Source: Thermodesulfobacteriota bacterium
Lineage (GTDB): Bacteria > Desulfobacterota_D > UBA1144 > Nemesobacterales > UBA2774
Reading direction: 5' to 3'
Assembly: GCA_965216785.1 (NCBI GenBank)
Contig: OZ244197.1
Span: forward strand, 2,240,001 to 2,304,000
Length of the DNA: 64,000 nt
Positions within the stretch are counted from its first letter, which is position 1; every line of letters begins with the position of its first letter. Positions 38,724 to 48,281 of the stretch are shown here, piece by piece. The position numbers were made by a program, and so were the translations under genes. Under the pieces are notes generated by a model. The model was not told the origin of the DNA, made no database searches, and saw only the letters and a list, made by a program, of their open reading frames with translations.

Positions 38724-39188
38724 CTACATAAGCTCCGCAGGGGTTTTGTCTTTAATTGCGGGCCAGTTCTCATCTGCTTTAACAATGTGCCCCGGCGTGT
38801 CCTCTTTCCACTTCTTCTGAATATCGGGGTTCAGGTTCAGATAAAGCTTCTCGTCTACGATCTCCCATACCTCAGGGTCGCCAACGAACTTCTTGCCTAC
38901 CGCTACTCCGTAAGCGCAGTATCCTCCGTACTCCGGCAGGTACTGTTCCGGGTTTTTTTCAAACGCGTTTTTATTCTCTTCGCTCGCGAAAAGGTACGTA
39001 ACCCCGTCTACGACTACCACGTTTGTGCCGTTTCCCTTAACCGCTTTCCCTTCCGTATGGTATGACACCAGGTCATAACCCTGAACGCCGGTCGTGCTCG
39101 TCTCAGTGCTTCCCGCAAAAGATTCAACGGCTCCAAAACCGAGCGCTACTACTAAAACCGCTAATAAAAATGTCTTAACTCTAATCAT
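38724..39188 (-). CDS. YHS domain-containing secreted protein
   Basis: GYDLVSYH, YLFASEEN, PEYGGYCAYG and LYLN motifs. Confidence 0.9.
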   Translation of the reverse strand: MIRVKTFLLAVLVVALGFGAVESFAGSTETSTTGVQGYDLVSYHTEGKAVKGNGTNVVVVDGVTYLFASEENKNAFEKNPEQYLPEYGGYCAYGVAVGKKFVGDPEVWEIVDEKLYLNLNPDIQKKWKEDTPGHIVKADENWPAIKDKTPAELM

Positions 39189-39464
39189 GATAATCTCCTT
39201 TTGAATGTGGTTTGCGTCAAGAGGAGATTCTCTCCCCTCGTATATGCGCGTATTCTTTAATTTTCTACGATGCGGATTTTAAGATATTTGATTCCGAATT
39301 TTTCTATAAACCCGTTATGGTCAAAGTAAACCCAGCACAGCGGAGCTTTTTTCTGCCCCCGTTATTGAATTTGTAAACGCGTTGTTCTAGTATCTAAATA
39401 TAAACACCCGGGACCGCTCGGACGGGACTGGGACTATAAAAAAATGCAAGAGGAGGGCAAAGTT

Positions 39465-39779
39465 ATGATGGTAGCCAGATGGCAGATAGAAGCAAGGTTC
39501 GGTCATAAAGACCAGGCGCTTGCCTCGATGAAAAAGTGGATTAAACAGATCGGCTCAAAGGCGGGCATGGAGCCTGACAAGGTGCGTGTGCTTACGGGCT
39601 CCATCGGCGCGCTCGAGTCCACCATCGAAACCGAGTTCTATATCGAAAACCTGGATGAGCTAGATCAGTACTGGGCCAATCTCGCCAAGCTGAAGCCCCA
39701 TAAAAAATGGGGGATAGAATTTGAGAAACACACCGTTTCCGGAACCGCCCGCTGGCAGATTTTCAGAGTAGTTGAATAA
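39465..39779 (+). CDS. NIPSNAP/Dabb-like hypothetical protein
   Basis: ARWQIEARFGHK, TGSIGALES and VSGT.RW motifs; AGGAGG SD. Confidence 0.7.
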   Translation: MMVARWQIEARFGHKDQALASMKKWIKQIGSKAGMEPDKVRVLTGSIGALESTIETEFYIENLDELDQYWANLAKLKPHKKWGIEFEKHTVSGTARWQIFRVVE

Positions 39780-39836
39780 AGAGCCGGATGGTCAGAATTG
39801 TTCGGTATACTTCACATTTAGTTAAGCCTGAACGGG

Positions 39837-40274
39837 TCACTCTCTAATAACTAGACCTGTTCCCTTGCCAAGTATGATATCCTCTTGTCCGTCCGTAATG
39901 CCTCCCTCGGCAACGACTATATACCCGTTGAGCTTGGGTTTGGGTATGACGGACGTTACGCTCCAGTATAGCTTCAAATCCGTATCCGGCCTCAGAGGCG
40001 CCGCGAACTGTACCTCGAACTCCATACCCATCACCAGATACCCCGGAGCCAGATGCGTAGCGCAGCTGCCCATAAAGAGCGAGCTTGAATGCGGCCCGCA
40101 CGCGATTATCCCTCCGAACCTTGAGGCTTTAGCTATTTCCTCGTCGTGATGAATCGGGTTGAAATCACCCGAAAGCTCCGCAAAAGCCGATATCTCCTCT
40201 ACTGAAAGTCTTAAATCCTTCTCGAACTTAAACCCTATCTCAACAGGCGGCTCAAAATCTATTTCTTCTGTCAT
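39837..40274 (-). CDS. MaoC family dehydratase
   Basis: [21 protein letters not shown] and FAAP motifs. Confidence 0.85.
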   Translation of the reverse strand: MTEEIDFEPPVEIGFKFEKDLRLSVEEISAFAELSGDFNPIHHDEEIAKASRFGGIIACGPHSSSLFMGSCATHLAPGYLVMGMEFEVQFAAPLRPDTDLKLYWSVTSVIPKPKLNGYIVVAEGGITDGQEDIILGKGTGLVIRE

Positions 40275-40311
40275 GCGGCTTTAATATACTCGATCATTCA
40301 ATTTTGTCTTT

Positions 40312-40416
40312 GTCATTCCTGAATGTTTTTATCGGGAATCTATTTTTTATGTCATCGCGAAGCTCTGGATGTGCCGCGGCAATCTAATCCCCTGCACCCT
40401 GAGCTTGCCCAAGGGC
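40312..40416. repeat. cluster of three palindromic repeat units
   Basis: GTCATTCCTGA..TCGGGAATCT (40312-41), GTCATCGCGA..GCGGCAATCT (40351-85) and CCCTGAGCTTGCCCAAGGG. Confidence 0.6.
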
Positions 40417-40497
40417 CGCGCGTTATTGGACTCTGAAACCACGGGGGATTATAATTTCATCAAGAGCAGTTTAAAACTCAATCCGGAGCGTGCGCAT

Positions 40498-41298
40498 ATG
40501 GGTAATAACCAAAAGAAAAATAAGAAGCTTGACGACAAAGTATACGAAAAAGAGCTCAGAAAACTTCAGATAGAGCTTGTAAAGCTCCAGGGCTGGGTCA
40601 AGAAAAACGGCAAGAAGATAGTCGTCCTGTTCGAGGGGCGCGACTCGGCGGGGAAAGGGGGTACTATAAAGCGCATCACCGAGCCTCTCAATCACAGAAT
40701 CTGCAGGGTAGCGGCGCTAGGAGTTCCCACTGAAACCGAGAAGACCCAGTGGTACTTTCAGCGCTACGTGGCTCATTTGCCCTCAGCGGGCGAGATAGTG
40801 CTTTTTGACAGAAGCTGGTACAACCGCGCCGGCGTAGAGCGTGTGATGGGCTTTTGCACGAAGGCGCAATATAAAGAGTTCCTTCGCGTATGCCCTGGTT
40901 TTGAGGAGGCGCTCATCCAATCGGGCACCATACTCGTCAAGTACTGGCTCTCGGTCTCTGCTAAGGAGCAGAAAAAGAGGTTTGAGGAAAGAATAGAAAA
41001 TCCTATGAAACGCTGGAAGATCAGCCCTATGGATATGTATGCCAGAAAGCGCTGGTACGACTATTCAGAAGCAAAAGACGAAATGTTCCGCTATACCGAC
41101 ACGAAGTTCTCCCCATGGTACGTTATAGACGCGGACGATAAAAAGCGCGCCAGGCTAAACTGCATCAACCACCTGCTGAGCCTTATTCCCTACGAAGAGG
41201 TGCCGCAGGAAAAGCTCACGCTCCCGCCGCTCCAGAAGAAAAAGGCGCATATCAGGCCCCCGATCAGTGAGCAGACATACGTCCCTGAAAAGTATTAA
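40498..41298 (+). CDS. ppk2: polyphosphate kinase 2
   Basis: FEGRDSAGKGG, QWYFQRY, FDRSWYNRAGVERVMGFC and DDKKRARLN motifs. Confidence 0.95.
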   Translation: MGNNQKKNKKLDDKVYEKELRKLQIELVKLQGWVKKNGKKIVVLFEGRDSAGKGGTIKRITEPLNHRICRVAALGVPTETEKTQWYFQRYVAHLPSAGEIVLFDRSWYNRAGVERVMGFCTKAQYKEFLRVCPGFEEALIQSGTILVKYWLSVSAKEQKKRFEERIENPMKRWKISPMDMYARKRWYDYSEAKDEMFRYTDTKFSPWYVIDADDKKRARLNCINHLLSLIPYEEVPQEKLTLPPLQKKKAHIRPPISEQTYVPEKY

Positions 41299-41446
41299 TT
41301 TCTAAGCCATTGCGAGCGGTTCGAGGCGAAGAAGAATCCCTCTTTGTCCTAATAATATCACCTATTTTCAGCAATAACTGATGATTAGTCTATAATAGTA
41401 TTATGAGGTGTATCATTTTGTGCGCTGAGTTTAAAAGAGGCGCGGG

Positions 41447-43033
41447 ATGCTGATAATAATCCAGGTCTTAGGCGGTATAGGTCTATTCCTCCTCGGTATG
41501 ATAGTGATGACCGACGGGCTCGGGAAGCTGGCAGGCACTACTATTCGCACAGTGCTCATGCGATTCACAAAGAGTCCGTCAACGGGCGCTCTCACAGGAG
41601 CTGTAAGTACGGCGATTTTACAGTCCTCAAGCGCCACCACGGTGGCGGCCGTAGGATTTGTAGCCGCGGAGCTCATAACCTACCCCGAGGCGCTAGGCAT
41701 AATATTCGGCGCCAACATCGGTACCACCTTCACTGGCTGGATGGTCGCTATACTGGGTTTTAAGCTAAGTCTCGGAAAGGTCTTCGTACCGCTCATCTTC
41801 GTAGGCGCTATACTCCGCCTGTTCGCAAAAGGGCGAATAGCCACCATCGGCTACACGATCGCCGGGTTCGGCCTCATTTTCGTCGCTATAGGGTTCATGC
41901 AGCAGTCCATGAGCGAGCTTCATGGTGTAGTGTCGTTTGATAACCTTCCATCAGACACGATATCCGGACGTCTCCTTCTTGTCGGTATCGGTGTGGTATT
42001 TACGATAATTACTCAGTCCTCAAGCGCCGGCGTAGTGGCTTCTCTCACAGCCCTGTACACCGGCCTGATCAATTTCAATCAGGCCGCGGCGCTGGTAATC
42101 GGCATGGACATAGGTACTACGATGACGGCGGTGCTCGCCACTATCGGCGGCTCAGCCGCTACCCGTAGGACCGGATTCTCTCACGTTATCTACAACCTCC
42201 TTACTGCTACCGGAGCGTTCATATTGATTACCCCCTATACGATGCTATGGAACTATGCCGCCCCCGGAGGTATTGCGGGCAACGCCGAGATCGCCCTTGT
42301 GGCTTTTCATACCTCTTTTAACTTCCTTGGAGTATTGATCGTACTGCCTTTTACGAACCAATTTGCCAGCTTCATGCAAAAGATTATCCCCGATAAAGTG
42401 TCATTGTATGTTAGACATCTGGACCCCGCTCTGCTAGAGAGCCCGGGGCTTGCGCTTAACACTGTTCAGGCGACCATAAAAATCCAGTCCGCCGCGCTTT
42501 TCCGTCATGTAAGCGCCATCCTCGGTGACGACAAAGAGGGCATAAGGGCCGATCTCGATGAGCTGCAGTCTGCGCTGAACGAGACGCACAGCTTTGTCGA
42601 CCGCATCAGCTTCAAGGCCGAGGAAGGAGCCAATTGGGAGCGTTTAGTACAGCTAATCCATACTCTTGACCACATGCAGAGGCTCCACGAAAGGTGTGAG
42701 GAAGACGAGGACAGGGCAATCACCGCCAGAGAGACCGAGGAGCTTAGAGAGGAATGCGAGCTGTTAATACAGAGCATCCGGGAGATACTGGCACTTATAG
42801 AAGAGGATAAATGGGTCCAGGCGGCTCAGCTAGCGAAGGGAACTTCTAAGAAAATTCACGCAAAGGTAAGACCTTATCGTGAGAGCGTTATGTCAAAAGT
42901 CGCGGAGGGGCAGATCGACGTTTACCGGGGCACAAATTATCTTGAAGCCGTAAGGTGGCTCCGCCGTGTGGGAAGACACGTCCAGAGGATATGCGAGCAC
43001 GTGGAAAAGGCGTATCTTGCCTCAGGGGAATAA
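41447..43033 (+). CDS. Na/Pi cotransporter family protein
   Basis: GGIGLFLLGM, two QSSSA motifs, GANIGTT/GMDIGTT, PhoU-like C-terminus. Confidence 0.92.
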   Translation: MLIIIQVLGGIGLFLLGMIVMTDGLGKLAGTTIRTVLMRFTKSPSTGALTGAVSTAILQSSSATTVAAVGFVAAELITYPEALGIIFGANIGTTFTGWMVAILGFKLSLGKVFVPLIFVGAILRLFAKGRIATIGYTIAGFGLIFVAIGFMQQSMSELHGVVSFDNLPSDTISGRLLLVGIGVVFTIITQSSSAGVVASLTALYTGLINFNQAAALVIGMDIGTTMTAVLATIGGSAATRRTGFSHVIYNLLTATGAFILITPYTMLWNYAAPGGIAGNAEIALVAFHTSFNFLGVLIVLPFTNQFASFMQKIIPDKVSLYVRHLDPALLESPGLALNTVQATIKIQSAALFRHVSAILGDDKEGIRADLDELQSALNETHSFVDRISFKAEEGANWERLVQLIHTLDHMQRLHERCEEDEDRAITARETEELREECELLIQSIREILALIEEDKWVQAAQLAKGTSKKIHAKVRPYRESVMSKVAEGQIDVYRGTNYLEAVRWLRRVGRHVQRICEHVEKAYLASGE

Positions 43034-43057
43034 GAAAAAATTATTTAGGAGGGTCAT

Positions 43058-43474
43058 ATGAATATATCGGCTTCATTGCCTGATTCTGACGGAATTAAAA
43101 ACGAGATCGCAAGAGACCTTCTTGCGCTCGGGGGACTGCCTTTTTATTTTCTCGTGATCGCCAGGACCACGGTGGGTAGCTACCCTGTATTTCTCTCCCG
43201 CATATTGATTGCCTTAGTTGTGATTTTTATATTGTCCAGAGTTGTTAAGAGCGCGAACCTCCATATTGCCAGAGCGCTAATTCTCGTAGTTTTCACCTCA
43301 ATGTTCTATGAAGCCCTGCCGTTTACCGTGTTCGCTTTTATCGTGTGGGGGGCCATGGTTTATTCTCTTACATATTTGAAAGTGAGCTGGAGACAAATAG
43401 CGCTTGGTATCGCGTTTGGAATAATTAGCTCAGTACTGGCCTATCTACTCACGCTATTCATTGTTCCGGGATAG
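43058..43474 (+). CDS. hypothetical membrane protein (degenerate PAP2-like)
   Basis: RDLLALGG...H..RA pattern; about 5 TM segments. Confidence 0.65.
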   Translation: MNISASLPDSDGIKNEIARDLLALGGLPFYFLVIARTTVGSYPVFLSRILIALVVIFILSRVVKSANLHIARALILVVFTSMFYEALPFTVFAFIVWGAMVYSLTYLKVSWRQIALGIAFGIISSVLAYLLTLFIVPG

Positions 43475-43526
43475 GTATTCGGTATATTTACAGATTCTAC
43501 AGAAATTAAAATTGCGAGGTTAAGTT

Positions 43527-44441
43527 ATGAAAGTATTTGTTGCGGGTGCAACGGGCGCGATCGGTAAGCCGCTTGTTAAAATTCTTAAAGAGAGGGGCTT
43601 CCAAGTGTTCGGCATGACCCGTTCTGACGAGAAATCACAAGAACTCGAGTCTCTAGGGGCTGAGCCTGTCGTGGCAGACGCGTTTGATTTCGACGCGGTT
43701 AGCTCGGCAGTTCAGCGCATCATGCCCGACGTTGTAATCGAACAGCTGACTTCTCTTCCCAGGGAATATACCCCTGAGAATATGGAGGCAGCCGATTACT
43801 TAAACACAAGAGTCAGACTTGAGGGCGGCCTAAACCTGCAACGAGCGGCTGAAGCTGCAGGAGCTAAAATCTACATTCTTCAGTCAGTAGCGTTCTTCTA
43901 TGCCCACGGGGAAGGTCTAGCGGGAGAGGACACGCCGTTTGTCACAGACGCTACGCCTTTTATCACCCGGGCGGTAAGCTCTTTCAAAAAGATTGAAGAC
44001 AGGGTTCTGGGCTCACCCGATATCGACGGAATAGTGCTTCGCTACGGGTTCTTCTACGGTCCCGGCACATGGTATCACGATGACGGGAGTGTTTTCAATA
44101 TGGTGCGTTCAGGGGCTATGCCAGTAATCGGAGACGGGAGCGGCGTATGGTCTTTTATTCATGTTGACGATGCAGCACAAGCGAGTGTTTTAGCCATGGA
44201 GAAAGGTGAGCCTGGTGTATATAACATAACTGATGATTACCCCTCTCCGGTTAACGTATGGCTTCCCTCTTTAGCAGCGTCGCTCGGCGCTCCGGAGCCG
44301 CCTAGTTTGGATGAAGAGACTGTAGGCGATCCGGATTTTATCTACTACGGCACAAAGCTTAGGGGTGCCACTAACTTAAAGGCGAAAGTCGAGCTAGACT
44401 TCAGCCCGAGACCTCTTGAATGGCTTAAGGAACGGGGATAA
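43527..44441 (+). CDS. NAD-dependent epimerase/dehydratase family protein
   Basis: VAGATGAIG, LRYGFFYGPG and SFIHVDDAA motifs. Confidence 0.9.
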   Translation: MKVFVAGATGAIGKPLVKILKERGFQVFGMTRSDEKSQELESLGAEPVVADAFDFDAVSSAVQRIMPDVVIEQLTSLPREYTPENMEAADYLNTRVRLEGGLNLQRAAEAAGAKIYILQSVAFFYAHGEGLAGEDTPFVTDATPFITRAVSSFKKIEDRVLGSPDIDGIVLRYGFFYGPGTWYHDDGSVFNMVRSGAMPVIGDGSGVWSFIHVDDAAQASVLAMEKGEPGVYNITDDYPSPVNVWLPSLAASLGAPEPPSLDEETVGDPDFIYYGTKLRGATNLKAKVELDFSPRPLEWLKERG

Positions 44442-44454
44442 ATGTCTTCATATG

Positions 44455-45243
44455 TTATTTTGGTTTAACAGCTCTAGTAACAATCGTCGTTGTCGAGTAC
44501 TTATTCAGGGGCGTGGCCTCATCCGTCCAGTCGTCCTCTAATAAGGCGGTGATGGAAAAACCTGCCTCGGTCTGCCCGCCGATCTGATCCTCGAGAGTGT
44601 GCCCGAATATCACAGGCACGTTGTCATCCAAAATATCCCGCAGCTTTTCCTTGCCGATACTTTCAAGGTCTGAGTATGGAAGCTTATACTCAACCGTAAG
44701 CTCGCCTTCTTCATCCGCCTTCTTGTGGTCGAACAGAAAAAACGAAGGGTTTATGAACGCTGCCCACAGCTCGCCTCCGGGCTTTAGTATCCTGTAACAT
44801 CCCTTCCAGACAGCTCTAACGTCAGGGACGAAAATATTCGAGACGGCGTTTAGAATCAAATCAAAAGTGCCCTCTTTAAACTCTGAGAGATCATCAATGC
44901 TGCCCTTGACTGCCGCAAGCTTGAGCCCGTCTCTGTTACCGACGTAGAGGTCCTTTTGAAGCTGCTCCTCAGATATATCAAAACTTATGACATTTGCGCC
45001 CGCGGCGGCGAGTATGGGGGCCTGCTGTCCGCCGCCCGAACCCAGGCAGAGCACCTCTTTGCCTGAGATATTCTCAAGCCATGAAGAAGGCAGATACCTA
45101 TTGGGCGTAAGCTTGAGCAATATTTCGCCCTTCTTAGCCTTCTCTATAACGTCCTTCCCTACGGGCGTGCACCACTCGCTGCCCTCGACGGATTCCTCGT
45201 CCCAGGCCCGGCTGTTATGCGTGTTTAAGTCAAATTCATTCAT
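44455..45243 (-). CDS. class I SAM-dependent methyltransferase
   Basis: VLCLGSGGGQQ, RILKPGG and FGHTLEDQIGGQ motifs. Confidence 0.9.
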   Translation of the reverse strand: MNEFDLNTHNSRAWDEESVEGSEWCTPVGKDVIEKAKKGEILLKLTPNRYLPSSWLENISGKEVLCLGSGGGQQAPILAAAGANVISFDISEEQLQKDLYVGNRDGLKLAAVKGSIDDLSEFKEGTFDLILNAVSNIFVPDVRAVWKGCYRILKPGGELWAAFINPSFFLFDHKKADEEGELTVEYKLPYSDLESIGKEKLRDILDDNVPVIFGHTLEDQIGGQTEAGFSITALLEDDWTDEATPLNKYSTTTIVTRAVKPK

Positions 45244-45445
45244 TGGTCTAAAGTATTCCCGCAATCTGGTTAGTAAACCTATTATACTTGAACATCTGGT
45301 ATAACCCTTTGCGCGTTTTCATATGACACCGGGTCCCTATTTTTTTCACATCCTCTCTAATGCTCATTGATATACAATAATGTTAAATGCTATGTTATAG
45401 TGAGATTAGATGGTTATATCTAAATTAGCACGGTAGGGAGGGAAT

Positions 45446-47062
45446 ATGAAAGCTTTAAATACACTATCGGTTTTATCCTTATTTCTGATTGTATCATTTG
45501 CAAGTGTTACAGGGGTTTATTCACAGGAAGAAAGATCTCTTGGTAAAGTAGAATTCTCGAATTCCTGTAGCAAGGAAGTACAGCAGGATATCAATACCGG
45601 TGTTATGCTTCTTCACCACATGATGTACGCGCAGTCCAGAGCGGAATTCGAAAAAGTCATTTCAAAAGACCCCAATTGCGCAATGGCCTATTGGGGAGTG
45701 GCGATGACGCACTTTCACCCACTTTGGGCGCCACCGAGTAAAGAAGAGCTTGCCGAGGGTCAAAAGGCTCTTGAAAAAGCAAAGGAATTAAAACCCGGCA
45801 CCGACAGGGAAAACGGCTACGTTGAAGCGGCCTGGGCATTCTACGATGGCTGGCCCGATAAAGATCACGCGGCGCGTATAGCTGCTTGGAGTTCTAGCCA
45901 GAAACAGCTTTCCGAGTCAAATCCTGATGACGTTGATGCAAAGACGTTCTATGCTCTTTCGCTACTGGCCACAGCGCCCAAGAAAGATAAGACGTTCTCC
46001 AATCAAAGGGAAGCGGGTCTTATTCTGGAAGAGCTTCTTAAGAATAACCCCGAGCATCCGGGTCTCTTTCACTACACCATACACGCGTACGACAACCCCG
46101 TGCTCGCTGAGCGGGCGGTACCAGTAGCGAGGGGATACGACAAGCTCGCTCCCGAAGTGCCCCACGCTCTTCACATGCCCTCACACATTTTCGTAAGACT
46201 AGGCATATGGGACGACACCGTGGACTGGAACATACGCTCCGCCAAGGCAGCAAAGGAGCAGTCGCAGGAAGTGATGTCTCTTCACTATCTTCATGCCATT
46301 GACTACCTGATCTACGCCTACATGCAAAAAGGACAATACCAAAAAGTTGTAGAGCTCATTGAAAAAGTGAACAGTATTCCCGACTATCAGGACAGTTTTA
46401 TCTCGGCCTATGCCTTGGCTGCAGTACAACCCCGCTACCAGCTCGAGAGAAAGAACTGGAAGGAAGCGGCCAAGGTGTCTGAGCGTCCTAACAGCAATTT
46501 CCAGTGGGATAAATATCCTCAGTACGAGGCCATAATCTACTACAGCCGGGGTCTCGGAGCCGCAGTGTCGGGCGACGCCGAGTCGGCAAAGACCTCCAAA
46601 GCAAAGCTCGATCAGCTCTACGAGGGTACAGTTGCCAATAATGAAGAGTACTGGAGCACAGTAGTTGACGCCCAAAGACAGACTGTCGCGGCCTGGATAA
46701 CCTACGCTGAAGGGGATAAAGCCGAAGCCCTCAATATGATGAGCGCGGCCGCCGATCTCGAGGACTCGGTAGACAAACACCCCGTAACCCCAGGCGCCGT
46801 CATGCCGGCACGTGAAATGTACGGCGAGATGCTGATCATGTCAGAGCAGCCCGAAGAGGCGCTTAAAGCCTATGAAGCGAGCCTTAAAATATCTCCTAAC
46901 CGCTTCAATAGTCTTTACGGCGCGGGCTACGCGGCGGAGCTCTCGGGCGACAAAGAAAAAGCCGTGAAATATTATTCCGAGCTCGTTAACCTCACGTCTC
47001 AGGCAGATACAGAAAGGCCAGAGGTAAAACACGCCAAGGAATATTCGGCGAATGGAAAATAA
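45446..47062 (+). CDS. secreted TPR-like protein
   Basis: Signal peptide; DPNCAMAYWG, HPGLFHYTIHAYD, HALHMPSHIF and PNRFNSLYGA motifs. Confidence 0.8.
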   Translation: MKALNTLSVLSLFLIVSFASVTGVYSQEERSLGKVEFSNSCSKEVQQDINTGVMLLHHMMYAQSRAEFEKVISKDPNCAMAYWGVAMTHFHPLWAPPSKEELAEGQKALEKAKELKPGTDRENGYVEAAWAFYDGWPDKDHAARIAAWSSSQKQLSESNPDDVDAKTFYALSLLATAPKKDKTFSNQREAGLILEELLKNNPEHPGLFHYTIHAYDNPVLAERAVPVARGYDKLAPEVPHALHMPSHIFVRLGIWDDTVDWNIRSAKAAKEQSQEVMSLHYLHAIDYLIYAYMQKGQYQKVVELIEKVNSIPDYQDSFISAYALAAVQPRYQLERKNWKEAAKVSERPNSNFQWDKYPQYEAIIYYSRGLGAAVSGDAESAKTSKAKLDQLYEGTVANNEEYWSTVVDAQRQTVAAWITYAEGDKAEALNMMSAAADLEDSVDKHPVTPGAVMPAREMYGEMLIMSEQPEEALKAYEASLKISPNRFNSLYGAGYAAELSGDKEKAVKYYSELVNLTSQADTERPEVKHAKEYSANGK

Positions 47063-47149
47063 ATAACGCTTTAAAGTGTAGTAAATGGGATAAAGCTTAG
47101 TAATACGGAATACGCGGCAATCTGAAGGCGGACTTACAAAACCGGAAGT

Positions 47150-47485
47150 CTACCCAAGCCCCTGTAGTCCTGCGTCTCGGTCAGAGTACACGTCAACAAT
47201 CGTATCAAAACCGCTTACCGCGAATATCTCGGCGACGCTGTTGTGAAGGCCGCATATTCCAAGCTTGCCGCCGCTCTCTTTCTGCTTCTTAGCTATTATC
47301 AATATAGCCCTAAGCCCGGCGCTGCTTGCGTAGGATATCTTTGAGAAATCTAGCAGGATAGAGTTTTCACCCGCGTCAATATTCTCAACGACACTGTCCT
47401 GAAACTCTTTCTCAGTCTGAGCGTCCAGACTGCCTTCGGGGGTAATCACCCTGGTTTCGCCAATTTTAGTTTGTTCGATATTCAT
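47150..47485 (-). CDS. STAS domain anti-sigma factor antagonist
   Basis: GSLDA, D...ISYASSAGLR and IFAVSGF motifs. Confidence 0.9.
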   Translation of the reverse strand: MNIEQTKIGETRVITPEGSLDAQTEKEFQDSVVENIDAGENSILLDFSKISYASSAGLRAILIIAKKQKESGGKLGICGLHNSVAEIFAVSGFDTIVDVYSDRDAGLQGLG

Positions 47486-47501
47486 TTTAGCTCCTGATTA
47501 C

Positions 47502-48155
47502 TTAGTAAGGGTGCAGCACGTACGCGTCGGCCTTTATCTCTCTCAGCCTCTTCAGCACATGCGATACGGACTGTCCTATGAGGTCGAGTTTGCTTATCTG
47601 CTCTATGCGCGGCGCGAGTTTCTTCGCCTGGTACTCTCCCACTATCTGAGGAAACAAGTCAAATGTATCGGCCAGGCTCACTAGCACCACGTCGTGAGGG
47701 CTTGGGATGTCGTCTGTGTTTAGTAGGTCTGTAATCCTCCTGCGTACTTCCTTTTCCTGCGTGTCGTCCACTGTCGGGTAGCGGCGCACTCCGATTACCC
47801 ATAGTATCTTCTTTTCCTCGACTCTCAGAATGCCCCTACTCACCAGGCTCTCGAGCGCTTTATCTCTTATCTCGGCCCCGCTCTTGGCTATTTCGGATAC
47901 CCAGTAAAAGGTGTTCTTCTCCTCCTCAGAATCCGCAATCGCGCTCAGGAATTCGTCTAGTATAACCTCACCGGTCGGGGTCGCGTCAACAACTTCCAGC
48001 TTCTCAAGGTCCGTATCAATCTTAGAGCGCAGCGCAAGGTCCATAAGCACTGCTCCCGCAAGCGCGTACTTAAACTCTTCGTAATACATGTTCTCGAATT
48101 TCCCGGTCTCATCGTCCAGAAAAAGAAGCATTATCTCTTCAGCGAATGTAAGCAA
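47502..48155 (-). CDS. GOLPH3/Vps74 (GPP34) family protein
   Basis: LTFAEEIMLLFLDD, LAGAVLMDLAL and LVSRGIL..E...LWV...RRYP motifs. Confidence 0.85.
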   Translation of the reverse strand: MLTFAEEIMLLFLDDETGKFENMYYEEFKYALAGAVLMDLALRSKIDTDLEKLEVVDATPTGEVILDEFLSAIADSEEEKNTFYWVSEIAKSGAEIRDKALESLVSRGILRVEEKKILWVIGVRRYPTVDDTQEKEVRRRITDLLNTDDIPSPHDVVLVSLADTFDLFPQIVGEYQAKKLAPRIEQISKLDLIGQSVSHVLKRLREIKADAYVLHPY

Positions 48156-48281
48156 TAATCAACCCCCGGAATGTTATAAAAACTATAATATCACGGAATA
48201 ACTCTGTGTGCCATATCAAATAAAACCTCTTAAGAAATTACCCTTTGCTAAATATAATCCCGGATCAGCGTAAATCTCATT

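Noticed and set aside
38724-39188. Selenoprotein (YHS family)
   Set aside because: The GGYCAYG site is a Cys codon and there is no in-frame TGA
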